Part shown: in pieces, positions 42,869 to 55,815 of the stretch
Numbering within the stretch: position 1 is the first letter of the stretch
Layout: every line of letters starts with the position of its first letter
Assembly (NCBI GenBank): GCA_964653485.1
Contig: CAZZFF010000013.1
Location: 1,589 to 65,588, forward strand
DNA from: an uncultured Verrucomicrobiota bacterium
GTDB taxonomy: Bacteria; Verrucomicrobiota; Verrucomicrobiia; Limisphaerales; UBA8199
DNA length: 64,000 nt
Direction of reading: 5' to 3'
Notes under the pieces: model-generated
What the model was told of the DNA's origin: nothing
Seen by the model: the letters and a program-made list of their open reading frames with translations, nothing else
Database searches by the model: none
Made by a program: the position numbers and the translations under genes

Positions 42869-45800
42869 CTAGGAGAGCGCGCTCTCGGTGGTCGCCTCGC
42901 TTCGCGGCGGAAGGCGCAATCCGATGGTTACAATCGTCCCCTTTCCCATCGAAGATTCGATACTGTATCGCCCACCGAGCGTGGATAGCCGACGCGGGAG
43001 GTTTTTCAACCCTTTGCCCCCGCGCGTGCGGTTTGTATCGAAGCCTCTTCCGTTGTCCGAAATGATGATGTGAAGCTGGCCTTCGGCGAAGGTCAACCGA
43101 AATTGCACCTCGGTAGCCTGAGCATGGCGCTCCACGTTGTTCAACGTTTCCTTGACGGCCAAGAGCAGAGCGTGTCGCAAGCGGCCATCCAGCACGATCG
43201 AGGGCAACGCGACGGGGATATCGAAGCGACATGCGATTCCGAAATGGTTCAAAAAGTCGCTGGCGAAGTCACTCAAATAGTCTGCGACAGATTCAAGGGA
43301 ATTGTCCTCCGGATCGACTGCCCAGACGATGGTATCCAGAGCGGTCACCAACCCGCGCGCCTTGGCTCCGATCGCACGGAACAGGGATGCCAACTCATCC
43401 AGGGTGCCTAATCTTTGGCCCTTATTCGCCAGCACCCCAATTTCGGTGAGACTGGAACCAAGGTCGTCGTGCAAATCCCTGGCGATGCGCGAACGTTCTG
43501 TTTCCAGGGCCCGTTCTCGTTCAGCCTCCTCGCGTTCGCGGATTTCTCGTCGGAGTTGTAGCGTGCGCTGCTCCACCAACCGTCGCAATTGCGAAATCCA
43601 GGCCGCGGCGAGGGTCAGGATGACGAGTAGCAACCCAACCATGACGAGCAAGCGCTGCGGCGTCCACCAGGAGGGCTGCGACAGCACTGCCAATTGGGAG
43701 GCAGAGCTCAAGAATAACTCGAATCCACTCGGCGTATCGCCCTCCGACCCATTCGCCGCTTTTCCAACGTAAACACCGGTAAGAGCCAACTGACTCCCGA
43801 CCCGCGGAAATGCGGTTTCCTTCCCCCCCGGCATGCGAGCGAGAAACAGATGGCCGGCCGCGTTCATTTCCAAAACGCGCGAGGCCTGCTCTGTATGGAT
43901 TCCCATCAGCGTCCCTGAAACACGCACCAGCGTGGAATCGACATCTTCCCGCACGAGTTCGCGGCCGTCCAGCGTGCGGGGTTTGGGATCGGTTTCCCCG
44001 CCGGTTTTCCGAAGGATCGCCTCTCGCAGAAGAGGCGCCGGACCACCGATGTCCGGATAACCAACGACCTCGACTTCTTCTCCACACCGCACGGTGGTTG
44101 GTTCGACCAGTGAAACCCGAATTCCCCGTGCTTTGTCCATCATGAAGACCCGTCTTGAATCGGCGTAAATCGCGGTTCCGCGAACTCTCAGCCGCTGGAA
44201 CGGTGTCGCGCGGGAATCGAACTGATAGAGTTCGCTCCAACTCTTCAGAGGAACGTCAAACGGATCGCGCGGCGCCGGAGCGTCCACGTCAATGATCGCG
44301 TTGCGCAACAACAGATGACCAACCTGGACCGTGCCGTTGGTGTTCCATGCCGCGAAGAGCACGCCGCGAACACGAACAAGCGCTTTCTCAAAGGCTCTCA
44401 GTTGCGACTCGGGATAAGCTCCAACCTCAATATGGAGTTTTCCCTCGGGGAGAAGAAGCACAATGCTGTGGTCGTGAACGGCTGTGATCAATCCTCGAAG
44501 CTCAACCCATTGGACATCCATGCTGCCGTTGATTAACTCCGTCCACGTGGGACGCGCTGGCGGAGGCATTTGGCCCTTGCCCAGCACGATGACGTCCTCG
44601 GCAACCACGATCGGGGCGAAATCGCCCGGGGCAGTGTACCCCACCACCTCGCACATTTGGCCGGCGAGCGGCGACGACCAAATGGACGGGGAGAGCCGAA
44701 CAAAGACACCGCGAGTGTCATCCTGAACGGACATGTGGTGAAACATCGGCGGCGCGGCGCTGGTCACGACGCCCCGAATCCTAACGGGCAAATGACGGTT
44801 CGCGTCTTCCTTGGTCAGGCTCTGAATCTGGCCGGCAGCCACTAGAGTGCGAGCGGAGCCCGACTCGGGTGTGGCCCCCGCCGAATCTTCCAGAATCCTT
44901 ATGTCACCGGAGGTTGCGACCGATAATTCTCCCAGGATCAGATCGCGGTTCGGAGCGATTGCGGCTCGACCGATTCCGGAAACACGAATTCGGGAATTCA
45001 GCAGGCGCGCGGGGTCCAAATCTCCGCCATCCGCCACCATGACCCAAACGGAATCCGGTTGGGATCGAAGCTCGAACTGCAATCCTCTTCCTGATCTGGA
45101 GACGAACGCCACCCGCCCTTCGACACTCATCCATCCAGGCGCTTGAGAATCGGCCACAAGCCCGTGTAAAGATGAGGCGGTTGTGGGGGCAACCTCTCTA
45201 TGGCCCATCGTAGTCAATGACACTTCAGGCGTATCCAGAAAAAGCAAGCTTCCGTCGGCGGAATCCAGGCTGAACGCGTATTGTCCGTTCGTTGGAGCTA
45301 AGAAGAACCCTTTGAAACGAATTCCAAGGAGTTCGTTCTTCGGCCATGAGGTGGGACTAATGTCCGTCGTTGCCGCCGTTTTGACGGGTTCGAGCAGCGC
45401 AAAGTCCGGCACATTTAACCACCCGCCCTCGTAATAAGCCGCATTCACCCCAGCGATCATGTTCGATTCGAGCAGGACACTGCCCTTGGGCCTGACCCAA
45501 AAGCGATTTGCCATCTGGACCGAGCCATCGGGCAATCGACAGGTCAATTCCAAACCACACTCGCCGAGAAGGTTAAAGTAATCCAACTGAAAGGCGTGGA
45601 GGCCGGCGGCAAGTCTTACCTCTCCGGTGACCTTCCGGAGCGTGTGGGTCCCGTCGTTGTCGATCTCCGGAGCTTGAGTGATCTCGACTCCTATTTCTCG
45701 TCGTCGAAGGAGGCAGCGTTGGCCTTCAATGCGGATAACGTCACCGACTTTGATCGGAACTCGACGGGGTCCCAACTCAAGGAGTTCGCCGCCCGTTGTA

Positions 45801-46069
45801 TCCGTCACGGCAACCACCCCGATCTCCGCTGAGCTTGCGGAGCAAACAAGGGCATCCAATCGGACGTCCGCGATCATGCGCGAGGAGGAGTCCAAAAGCC
45901 CGGACAACTGATGAAGATTCGTAACCAAGAGCGAGGACCCTGAAGGTTGCCGCGACGCAATGGCCGGCTGCGCCCGAATATCGAGGATGAACACCGAAAC
46001 GGAGATGAATCCAACCGCTACAACCCAGCGGAGGCGAGCGACCGTAAGCGACAGAACTGCGCGGCGCAT
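42869..46069 (-). CDS. Sensor histidine kinase (HisKA_3/NarX-type) with large extracytoplasmic region containing PA14-like domain(s)
   Basis: ATG at 46069 (the ORF track starts at TTG 46105). PA14-like: GVNAAYYEGGWLNVPDFA...IRFKGFFLAPTNGQYAFSLDSADGSLLFLD. One TM segment (LLVMVGLLLVILTLAAAWI). H-box ERSRIARDLHDDLGSSL, and an HATPase_c domain including IIISDNGRGF. Confidence 0.85.
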   Translation of the reverse strand: MRRAVLSLTVARLRWVVAVGFISVSVFILDIRAQPAIASRQPSGSSLLVTNLHQLSGLLDSSSRMIADVRLDALVCSASSAEIGVVAVTDTTGGELLELGPRRVPIKVGDVIRIEGQRCLLRRREIGVEITQAPEIDNDGTHTLRKVTGEVRLAAGLHAFQLDYFNLLGECGLELTCRLPDGSVQMANRFWVRPKGSVLLESNMIAGVNAAYYEGGWLNVPDFALLEPVKTAATTDISPTSWPKNELLGIRFKGFFLAPTNGQYAFSLDSADGSLLFLDTPEVSLTTMGHREVAPTTASSLHGLVADSQAPGWMSVEGRVAFVSRSGRGLQFELRSQPDSVWVMVADGGDLDPARLLNSRIRVSGIGRAAIAPNRDLILGELSVATSGDIRILEDSAGATPESGSARTLVAAGQIQSLTKEDANRHLPVRIRGVVTSAAPPMFHHMSVQDDTRGVFVRLSPSIWSSPLAGQMCEVVGYTAPGDFAPIVVAEDVIVLGKGQMPPPARPTWTELINGSMDVQWVELRGLITAVHDHSIVLLLPEGKLHIEVGAYPESQLRAFEKALVRVRGVLFAAWNTNGTVQVGHLLLRNAIIDVDAPAPRDPFDVPLKSWSELYQFDSRATPFQRLRVRGTAIYADSRRVFMMDKARGIRVSLVEPTTVRCGEEVEVVGYPDIGGPAPLLREAILRKTGGETDPKPRTLDGRELVREDVDSTLVRVSGTLMGIHTEQASRVLEMNAAGHLFLARMPGGKETAFPRVGSQLALTGVYVGKAANGSEGDTPSGFELFLSSASQLAVLSQPSWWTPQRLLVMVGLLLVILTLAAAWISQLRRLVEQRTLQLRREIREREEAERERALETERSRIARDLHDDLGSSLTEIGVLANKGQRLGTLDELASLFRAIGAKARGLVTALDTIVWAVDPEDNSLESVADYLSDFASDFLNHFGIACRFDIPVALPSIVLDGRLRHALLLAVKETLNNVERHAQATEVQFRLTFAEGQLHIIISDNGRGFDTNRTRGGKGLKNLPRRLSTLGGRYSIESSMGKGTIVTIGLRLPPRSEATTESALS

Positions 46070-46286
46070 ACGTTGGGAGTTTAGCGTGGAAGACACCAGG
46101 GGCAACGTTTAGATGGCGTCCCTCCCGCGCCTGAAGGAGGAACTGCGGCAGTAGTTCATTCGACTACGTTCCATTTTCAGGTGCCGCTGCCGTTGCCGGG
46201 GGCCCAGTGCCGAGAGGCGGCAGCGGAATTGACGGAGGAATCCGGTGACGCGACTGCGGCCGACTTATAACCCGGTAAAGGAATGA

Positions 46287-47585
46287 CTAGCGCGGGCTCG
46301 GTCGTTCGCCAGTGGCTGCGTGAATGACCGCGTCAAAGGCCGGCTTGGGCTGATCGTTGCCGTCGAACAGCAGCGGGCGGCCTTGCGCGCGCCAGGAAAC
46401 CCCGTCATTCGCACCCCAGAACGTGACCCCCTTCACGGATTTGTCGTGCTTTACGAACGCTCGGAAAAGGCTCGCGTACGCGTCGGCCAGCCGCCGGTTC
46501 GCGTCATCCACCAGGCCTCCCTGGGTGGTCGCGGCGTTGTTGGCGACGTCCGCCCCGGTGTTGCGCTGGCCGCCCTGCGCGCTGTTGACGTCGAGTTCGG
46601 TGATGTGAATGGGCAAACCGAGCGACTCCAGTTCCGTCAGCGCCTGGTCTTCCGCCTCGAAGCTCGGCGACGAAACGCTGACGTGGGTTTGTGAGCCAAT
46701 GGCCATGACCGGGACATGTTGTTCCTGCAGTGACTTGATCAAAGTGATGAGTTTGCGGCGCTTTGCCGGGTTCTCCAGCGAATAATCGTTGTAGCGCAGG
46801 ATCGCATCCGGGTCCGCTTCGTGGGCGTATTCGAAGGCCTTGGCGATGAAGTCCGGCCCAATGATTTCCAGCCAGAGGGAGTTCCGCAGGATGTTCGTGC
46901 CGCCGTCGGCGATGGCCTCGTTCACAACGTCCCAGGCCTTGATCTTGCCCTTGTAGCGGCCGACCACCGTGTGAATGTGGTCGCGCATTCGCTGCAGCAA
47001 CTCCTCGCGGGAAGCGCGCGGTCCGCTAAAGCCGCCGCGACCGAAGCCGCCTCCGGGACCGCGGCCAAATCTGGCGCCGCCAGGCGCATTCGTCCCGGCC
47101 GCGTCCGTGGTACCCGCGGGCGCAGGCGCCGCGGCGTTCGTCATCCCGGGGGGCACATTGGTCCCCCGGAAGACCCAGTTGGGTGTCTGGCCGTGCCAGA
47201 CCAGCGTGTGTCCAACGAGGTACATCTGGTTTCTCAAGCCGAAGCTCACGAAGGCGTCAGCCGGGCCGAAATTATAGCCATCGGCGCCTTCCCGCGGATG
47301 GATGAGGGCCCACTTCAGGTCGTTCTCCGGGGAAATCTGGCTGAACTGCTCCTTGACAAGAGCGATGTCTTTATCGACCAGTTCCAAGGTCCGGTTGACG
47401 TTGTCAGCCCGGACCGCAGTGCCAGTCGCGATGGTGCGGTTGATGGCAACGCCTACAAAGAAATGGTCTTTGTAGGCGTCCTTGAGGGTGGGCGTGTCGG
47501 CGGAGTGGGCCGCCGCGCCAGTGGCAAGCAGCATCGTTGTGAGCAAGGCGGTGTGCGGGCGGAGGTTCAGTCGTTTAGTCTTCAT
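46287..47585 (-). CDS. GH10 endo-1,4-beta-xylanase, secreted
   Basis: ATG at 47585 gives MKTKRLNLRPHTALLTTMLLATGAAAHS. Motifs: ISPENDLKW, HTLVWHGQTP, WDVVNEAI (acid/base) and ITELDV (nucleophile). Confidence 0.9.
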   Translation of the reverse strand: MKTKRLNLRPHTALLTTMLLATGAAAHSADTPTLKDAYKDHFFVGVAINRTIATGTAVRADNVNRTLELVDKDIALVKEQFSQISPENDLKWALIHPREGADGYNFGPADAFVSFGLRNQMYLVGHTLVWHGQTPNWVFRGTNVPPGMTNAAAPAPAGTTDAAGTNAPGGARFGRGPGGGFGRGGFSGPRASREELLQRMRDHIHTVVGRYKGKIKAWDVVNEAIADGGTNILRNSLWLEIIGPDFIAKAFEYAHEADPDAILRYNDYSLENPAKRRKLITLIKSLQEQHVPVMAIGSQTHVSVSSPSFEAEDQALTELESLGLPIHITELDVNSAQGGQRNTGADVANNAATTQGGLVDDANRRLADAYASLFRAFVKHDKSVKGVTFWGANDGVSWRAQGRPLLFDGNDQPKPAFDAVIHAATGERPSPR

Positions 47586-47628
47586 CACGCGGTTTACACC
47601 CGATAGTGCTTTCGTATCGGAGAAACCA

Positions 47629-47649
47629 CAATACGACATTTGTCATATC
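47629..47649. promoter_or_regulatory. 21-bp 7-4-7 palindromic motif, candidate operator (copy 2)
   Basis: + strand CAATACGACATTTGTCATATC. On the gene strand it reads GATATGACAAATGTCGTATTG. It is centred about 54 nt upstream of the GH10 ATG and matches 42065-42085 at 18/21 positions. Confidence 0.4.
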
Positions 47650-47768
47650 TCGATCCATTCCAGGTCTTGCCAGTTTTCCGGGGAACATGATGACCGCCCA
47701 CGATCCGGTGAAGCATTATCCTGTGCAAATCGCCCTCCCGAACGCACCGACCCTCGTTTGGCTGATTT

Positions 47769-51100
<3,332 letters not shown>

Positions 51101-51104
<4 letters not shown>

Positions 51105-52120
51105 TTCGCCTCTACAGGTTGTCCGTCCACCAGAAGCGCGGCGCCACCCACCACGACCGCTTCGCCAGGCTCCAAGCCGGCAAGGATTTCGACTTCATCA
51201 CCGACTTTCCGGCCGGTTTTCACCAAATGCAGTTGGGCGCGCTGGTTGCTGACCACGAATAGGATCTCCAGTTGACCCCGCGCAACGACCGCAGACCCCG
51301 GCACGCGCACGCAACTGCTCTCTCCTATCGGGACGACCAGCCGCGCAAACTGGCCGGATTTCAGGCTCGCAGCCTGGGGTAAATCGAGTTTGACTCGGAA
51401 GGTGCGGCTGGCGGGGTCGGCGGTGGGCGCAATTTCCGCCACGGTACCGGTCAGCTCCTCTTTCAGGGAATCAAAGCGGATGCCCAGCCGGGCGTCTCGT
51501 TGAACGCGCGAAGCGATGCCCTCAGGGACGTCGGCCTCTAATTGAAGCAAGGCCGGGTTTTCAATATCGATTAACGGCTTCCCCGGAGCGGCGAGGTCGC
51601 CCGCGTCCGCCCATTTTTTCGTCACCACGCCGTCGAAGGGCGCCAGGATTTCGACGTAGCCCATCATCGCTTGCGCCTCGGCCAGGGCGGCCTTGGCGAC
51701 TTGGTAGCGCGATTCGGCGGCGTCGTAATCCGAGCGCGTGGCGGCTTGCTGGGCGAAAAGCCCGGAGGTCCGCTTCCAGTCACGCTCGGCTTGTTGCAGG
51801 CCGGCTTGGGCCTGGTCAAGCCGCGCCTTGATTTCGGCCGCGTCCAGGTGGGCGACCAACTGCCCTGCCTTGACGGGTTGTCCAAGCAGGATCGGCATTT
51901 TGTCAATACGCCCGCTCAGCTTGGCTTCCAGGGTGGCATGCTGTTTGGCCCGGACGGTGCCGACCACCTCTTCCGTGCTGGTCTGCGGTGTGCTCTCCGC
52001 CGCGCGGACCTGGACTTGAGCCACGGACAACCCGGGCTGTGCGAAGGGATGGGTTTCGACTTTGCGGCCGCAGCCTGAGAGCAGGAGAACCGTTCCCGCG
52101 AAGGCAGAGAGGATTTTCAT
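51101..52120 (-). CDS. Efflux RND periplasmic adaptor (MFP) lipoprotein
   Basis: ATG at 52120 gives [17 protein letters not shown] (lipobox). It has a coiled-coil hairpin and beta-barrel regions. Its start overlaps the OMF stop by 4 nt (ATGA). Confidence 0.85.
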
Positions 52121-53439
52121 TTCTGTTTCGAGTCTGACCTGGGGTCCAATTGGGGCAAGGCGAGAGCCTTGCGAAAGGCGGCGATGGCGATGTGCCGATC
52201 CGCCTCGGCTTCGGCGCGACGGACCCGGGCTGCAACCAGGGCGGTCTCCGAGTCGATGAGTTGCGTGGAGAGCGCCGCGCCTTGCTCGAAACGGGCGCGC
52301 GTCAGGCCGGCGCTTTCTGAGGCTTGGGCCACTGCCTGTTCGGTTACGTCGAGCCGTTCGTAGGCGGTCTTGAGGTCCAACCGCGCCTGCTCGACCTCCA
52401 GGTCCAGGGCGAGGCGGAGCTTTCGTTGCTCTTCCTGAGCAGACTCCAAATTCGCGCGGGCTTCCCGTACTTTGGCACGCGTCAGGTTGCCATCCCAGAC
52501 GTCCCACTGGAGCAGCGCGCCCGCGGTGTAGCTGGCGCCTCCGCTGTCGAACCTGGACCCGTAATCGTAGTCGGCGCCGGCGAAGGCGCCGAGGCGGGGC
52601 AAGTAACCGCTTTTCGCGGCGCGGACTTGCTCCTCGGCCGCGCGTTCGCGCTGCCGGGCGGCCGCTAGTTCAGCGCGCCGGGAGAAATCGCCCGTGTCAG
52701 GGGCAGCCGCGCTCGGAGGGCTGTCCGCCACCTCGAAGTCGCCTGCCTCAATGCCCAGGAGGTTGCGCAGGGCACGGTTGGCCAAGGCATTGGCATTGCG
52801 GGCGCGAACGAGGTCCTCGCGGGCCTGCGCCAACCGAACTTCCAGGTCGAGCACGTCGCTTTTTAGGAGAGTGCCGCCTTCGAGGCGCTTCTGGGCGATG
52901 CCAAGGTTGGTCACGAAGGAGTTGACCGCCCCTTCAGCCGCGACAATGAATTGGCGGGTCTTGAGGATCGTGTAATACCCGCGCGCGACCTCGAACCCGA
53001 GGGCGTTTCGGACCGCTCCATTCTCTTGCCGGGCGGCCTCGGTGTTGGCTTTCGCGGCTTCGCGACCGGCCTTGATTTTGCCTCCCGCGTAAAGCGGGAG
53101 GGTGACCAAACCCCGCGTGTTGAGATCGTCCATGTCGGGCACATCGTTGAAGTTGAGGCCCGCGCTCGGATACGCGCGCTGGTTGAGGATGCTGCCGAAG
53201 ACCATCATCGGGTTATCTGTACGGGTGTAACTGGACTGGAACTGCAGACGAGGCCAAACGGCCGCATTGGCCTGTTCCAACCCGGCCTGGGCGGCCGCGA
53301 TGCGCTGGCGAGCGATGCGCGCATCGGGGTTGTGGTTCAAAGCCTGCTCCAACGCGCGCTCGAGTGTCCAAGGCTCCGCGCCGAGCGCTGCTACGGCCCA
53401 CGCGACCCACAGCCCGAAGATGACCGGCCACCTGCTCAT
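52117..53439 (-). CDS. TolC-family outer-membrane efflux protein
   Basis: ATG at 53439 gives MSRWPVIFGLWVAWAVAALGAEPWTLERALEQAL. Two OEP repeats are present. Its start overlaps the stop of the upstream small gene (ATGA). Confidence 0.85.
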   Translation of the reverse strand: MSRWPVIFGLWVAWAVAALGAEPWTLERALEQALNHNPDARIARQRIAAAQAGLEQANAAVWPRLQFQSSYTRTDNPMMVFGSILNQRAYPSAGLNFNDVPDMDDLNTRGLVTLPLYAGGKIKAGREAAKANTEAARQENGAVRNALGFEVARGYYTILKTRQFIVAAEGAVNSFVTNLGIAQKRLEGGTLLKSDVLDLEVRLAQAREDLVRARNANALANRALRNLLGIEAGDFEVADSPPSAAAPDTGDFSRRAELAAARQRERAAEEQVRAAKSGYLPRLGAFAGADYDYGSRFDSGGASYTAGALLQWDVWDGNLTRAKVREARANLESAQEEQRKLRLALDLEVEQARLDLKTAYERLDVTEQAVAQASESAGLTRARFEQGAALSTQLIDSETALVAARVRRAEAEADRHIAIAAFRKALALPQLDPRSDSKQK

Positions 53440-53669
53440 TTCGAGCAGCAGGTTCCGCGAGTCTTCTCGGGCGCACAACACGAACCGCCAACGCCCGCCT
53501 TTTTGAGGACGATCTCCAAGGGGCAGAAGTTCGTGAAAGAGGATTGGAGCAGGTTGAAACCAACGAAGGCTGTGAACCACAGCCAGTTCGGGTTATGATA
53601 ATGCGCCAGCAACAGGCTGATGAGAATGAAAGTTCCGGCGAACCGGCGGATGATGAGTTGCGTCTTCAT
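53436..53669 (-). CDS. DUF2892 / YgaP-like two-TM small membrane protein
   Basis: ATG at 53669. MKTQLIIRRFAGTFILISLLLAHYHNPNWLWFTAFVGFNLLQSSFTNFCPLEIVLKKAG has a layout matching the YgaP C-terminal TM domain family. Confidence 0.7.
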   Translation of the reverse strand: MKTQLIIRRFAGTFILISLLLAHYHNPNWLWFTAFVGFNLLQSSFTNFCPLEIVLKKAGVGGSCCAPEKTRGTCCSK

Positions 53670-53698
53670 AGCAGAGGATTGTTTTTGGCATTCAGGGT

Positions 53699-53884
53699 TC
53701 AGTGAAAACTGCCCGCCACCAGGGCCCCGACGGTCATGCCGTAAAGGGTGCTGATGAACGGATTGCTGGTCAACGGACAAGTTCCCGTCGAGCAGCCGAC
53801 GAATTTGTAGTAGGCAAAGCCCAGGCCTCCACCCACGACGGCACCGACAACAATGCGTATAATCATCGGCTTTGGTCTCTTCAT
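53699..53884 (-). CDS. 61-aa small membrane protein with GCSTGTC motif (DUF6132-like; family name from memory)
   Basis: ATG at 53884. MKRPKPMIIRIVVGAVVGGGLGFAYYKFVGCSTGTCPLTSNPFISTLYGMTVGALVAGSFH. Its start codon overlaps the TGA of the thioredoxin remnant reading frame (ATGA). Confidence 0.6.
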   Translation of the reverse strand: MKRPKPMIIRIVVGAVVGGGLGFAYYKFVGCSTGTCPLTSNPFISTLYGMTVGALVAGSFH

Positions 53885-54061
53885 CGCGGCGAAGTTGCCG
53901 GAGCCTGTGGAGTTGCGGCAGCGGCGCCTTCGAGCCAGGACTTCAAAGCCTTCGGTGATGCCAAGCCCACCAACGCGTTGATCTGCTGCCCGCCACGGAA
54001 CAAGACCAAGGTCAGCGCGCAAAACCTCGGCTTCAAAAGTGTGCTCGGACAATTCGGTCAT
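53881..54061 (-). pseudogene. Thioredoxin remnant lacking the central CGPC-containing segment (internal deletion plus frameshift)
   Basis: Own translation. The N-terminal piece is MTELSEHTFEAEVLRADLGLV. After a frame change, VLFRGGQQINALVGLASPKALKSWLEGAAAA...* matches a thioredoxin C-terminus. No WCGPC segment lies between the two pieces. Confidence 0.6.
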
Positions 54062-54678
54062 GCTTTCCATATTCTCCATATCTCAATCACTGCTAGAACC
54101 GAGCCGCGAACGGGAGAAAGGTTACACGCCGATCTTCCGGGCTTTGGCGCGAAGGGCAGCACTTGGACCGACTTGTCCAAGGCCATCACGCCGGTGGCCG
54201 CTTCGTTCAAGTGGATGCCCGTCTGGCTGGCCGTCGTTTCCACTTATGTCTTGGGTGTTCTTCGGTGGAGTGCATCCACCCATTGTCCACCCTTAGGAAA
54301 CGGCGTGCCACGACCCGTGTTTCAAATCTCACTTCACTCTGTGACCTATGCCTGATGAACCGAGAATCGGAGAAGAATTGAAAAAATGCGGCAGGAGTAC
54401 AAACCGTTGCTGCCAGTGGAAAAAAGCTGATCGCCTGGAGTTTGGGGATCGGCCTGACGCTGTTGCTAATCCTCTAATGCGTGAGCAAACTCCTACCGGA
54501 CGGCCATCGGCCGTTATGAGCCTCTGATTTGTGAGCCCCATTTTGACGGAATGACTGTAGGCGCGCATAGCATAGGCGCAACTGAAACGTTAGGGTGCCT
54601 TACAATGCAAAAGGAGACCTCCAGACCGGACTTGCCCAAGAAAGCCATCGAGCCGATTACGGCCGGGTTATCGCGCCA

Positions 54679-55566
54679 TCACTTCTCGACCGGCTTGCCA
54701 GCCTTGGCCCAAGCCCTGAACCCCCCGGGGAGATTGTAGAGTTGGGAAAAACCAAGACGGCCGAGCGTTTCGCAAGCTTTTACACTCCGCCCCCCGGCGG
54801 CGCAATGCACCAGGTACGTCTTGCTTTTGTCGAGCGCGGCGGCCTTCTCGGCAAAGTCGGGCGCGGTGACATCGAGATTCAGTGCCCCCGAAAGATGACC
54901 GGATTCAAATTCTCTCGCTGTCCGCACGTCCAGAATGATGTTCGCCTTGTCTGCCGTCATTTGGGCGAATTCATCGACGGTGAGGTTCTTGAAGCCGGCA
55001 GAGTTCACGGTGGATGGGGCAGGCCCAGTATGCCGCCGCAGCTTTGGCAGGACTTCCGGCGGACCTCCTCCAAAGTACCCGGTTTCCTGGAAAACGGTTT
55101 CGCCCGCCGGGTTGAGCAGCACGAGAGTGGGAAAACCTTCCCCCCGTTCCTGGCTGAGATTAAACTGCGCCTTCAACGCGGTATTGGCCCGCTTCAATTC
55201 GTCACTCTGCTTGGTTTTTTCAGGGAAGTCCACGTCCACCAGGATGAGCGATTGGCGGGCATACTGGGCAAATTCGGGCGAGTCGATCACCTGTCGCCGC
55301 ATTTGCACGCAAGGCGGACACCAATCGGAGCCGTGGAAAAAGAGCAGGATTGACTTTCCTTCAGCCCTTGCCTGGGCCTTTGCCTGGTGAAAGTCAGTGA
55401 GCCAACTCGGGGCCGGCTGAGGCGACTCCCGTGTTTGAGGTGCGGACAGAACCGGCCCAACTTTACTCGAGGTCGGAGGCACTGGGTTTCGACTGTCCTG
55501 AGCCATCAGCGCGGCCGCGAGCAGCGTTGCGGAGATGACCCCGCCGATTTGAAACAGGTTCATCAT
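54679..55566 (-). CDS. Secreted thioredoxin-like domain - rhodanese domain fusion protein
   Basis: ATG at 55566 gives MMNLFQIGGVISATLLAAALMA. Thioredoxin-like CxxC: LFFHGSDWCPPCVQM. Rhodanese domain: ILDVRTAREFESGHLSGALNLD, with active-site loop VHCAAGGRS. Confidence 0.85.
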   Translation of the reverse strand: MMNLFQIGGVISATLLAAALMAQDSRNPVPPTSSKVGPVLSAPQTRESPQPAPSWLTDFHQAKAQARAEGKSILLFFHGSDWCPPCVQMRRQVIDSPEFAQYARQSLILVDVDFPEKTKQSDELKRANTALKAQFNLSQERGEGFPTLVLLNPAGETVFQETGYFGGGPPEVLPKLRRHTGPAPSTVNSAGFKNLTVDEFAQMTADKANIILDVRTAREFESGHLSGALNLDVTAPDFAEKAAALDKSKTYLVHCAAGGRSVKACETLGRLGFSQLYNLPGGFRAWAKAGKPVEK

Positions 55567-55815
55567 CTTTGGTCGTTTGCTGTCGCGCAGAGTGCCATTT
55601 TTCCCTACAGTCCTACCCCACATCCGCCGGACGATCAACCTGTTTCAGGGTTGGTGCTGCCCGCCCTACTCCGCTTTGGCTGGCGGCACGGGTGGGGGTT
55701 GACGGGCAGGCTGATTGTGCCAGGCCATTCCGTAAAGGAGGGCCAATGCGAAAATTGTAACAACGTTACGGTCTCGGAGATTGACCATCCCTGGCGGATA
55801 GGGCCAACTACCGCC

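Noticed and set aside
46184-46226. 9-bp perfect stem (CCGCTGCCG ... CGGCAGCGG, 25-nt loop) between the GH10 stop and the kinase start, considered as an intrinsic terminator.
   Set aside because: On the transcribed (minus) strand the stem is followed by CACCTGAAAATGG, with no U-tract, and the loop is long. It could still be an attenuator or processing site, but it is not a supportable terminator call.
47030-47130. Gly/Arg/Pro-rich low-complexity insertion in the GH10 xylanase (ARFGRGPGGGFGRGGFSGPR) and a similar one in the CE1 domain (about 35890-36010), considered as unusual inserts or repeat expansion.
   Set aside because: Both are in-frame and located at loop positions. From memory, similar G/R-rich loops are common in PVC-group homologues of these families. 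They are not distinctive without a database comparison.
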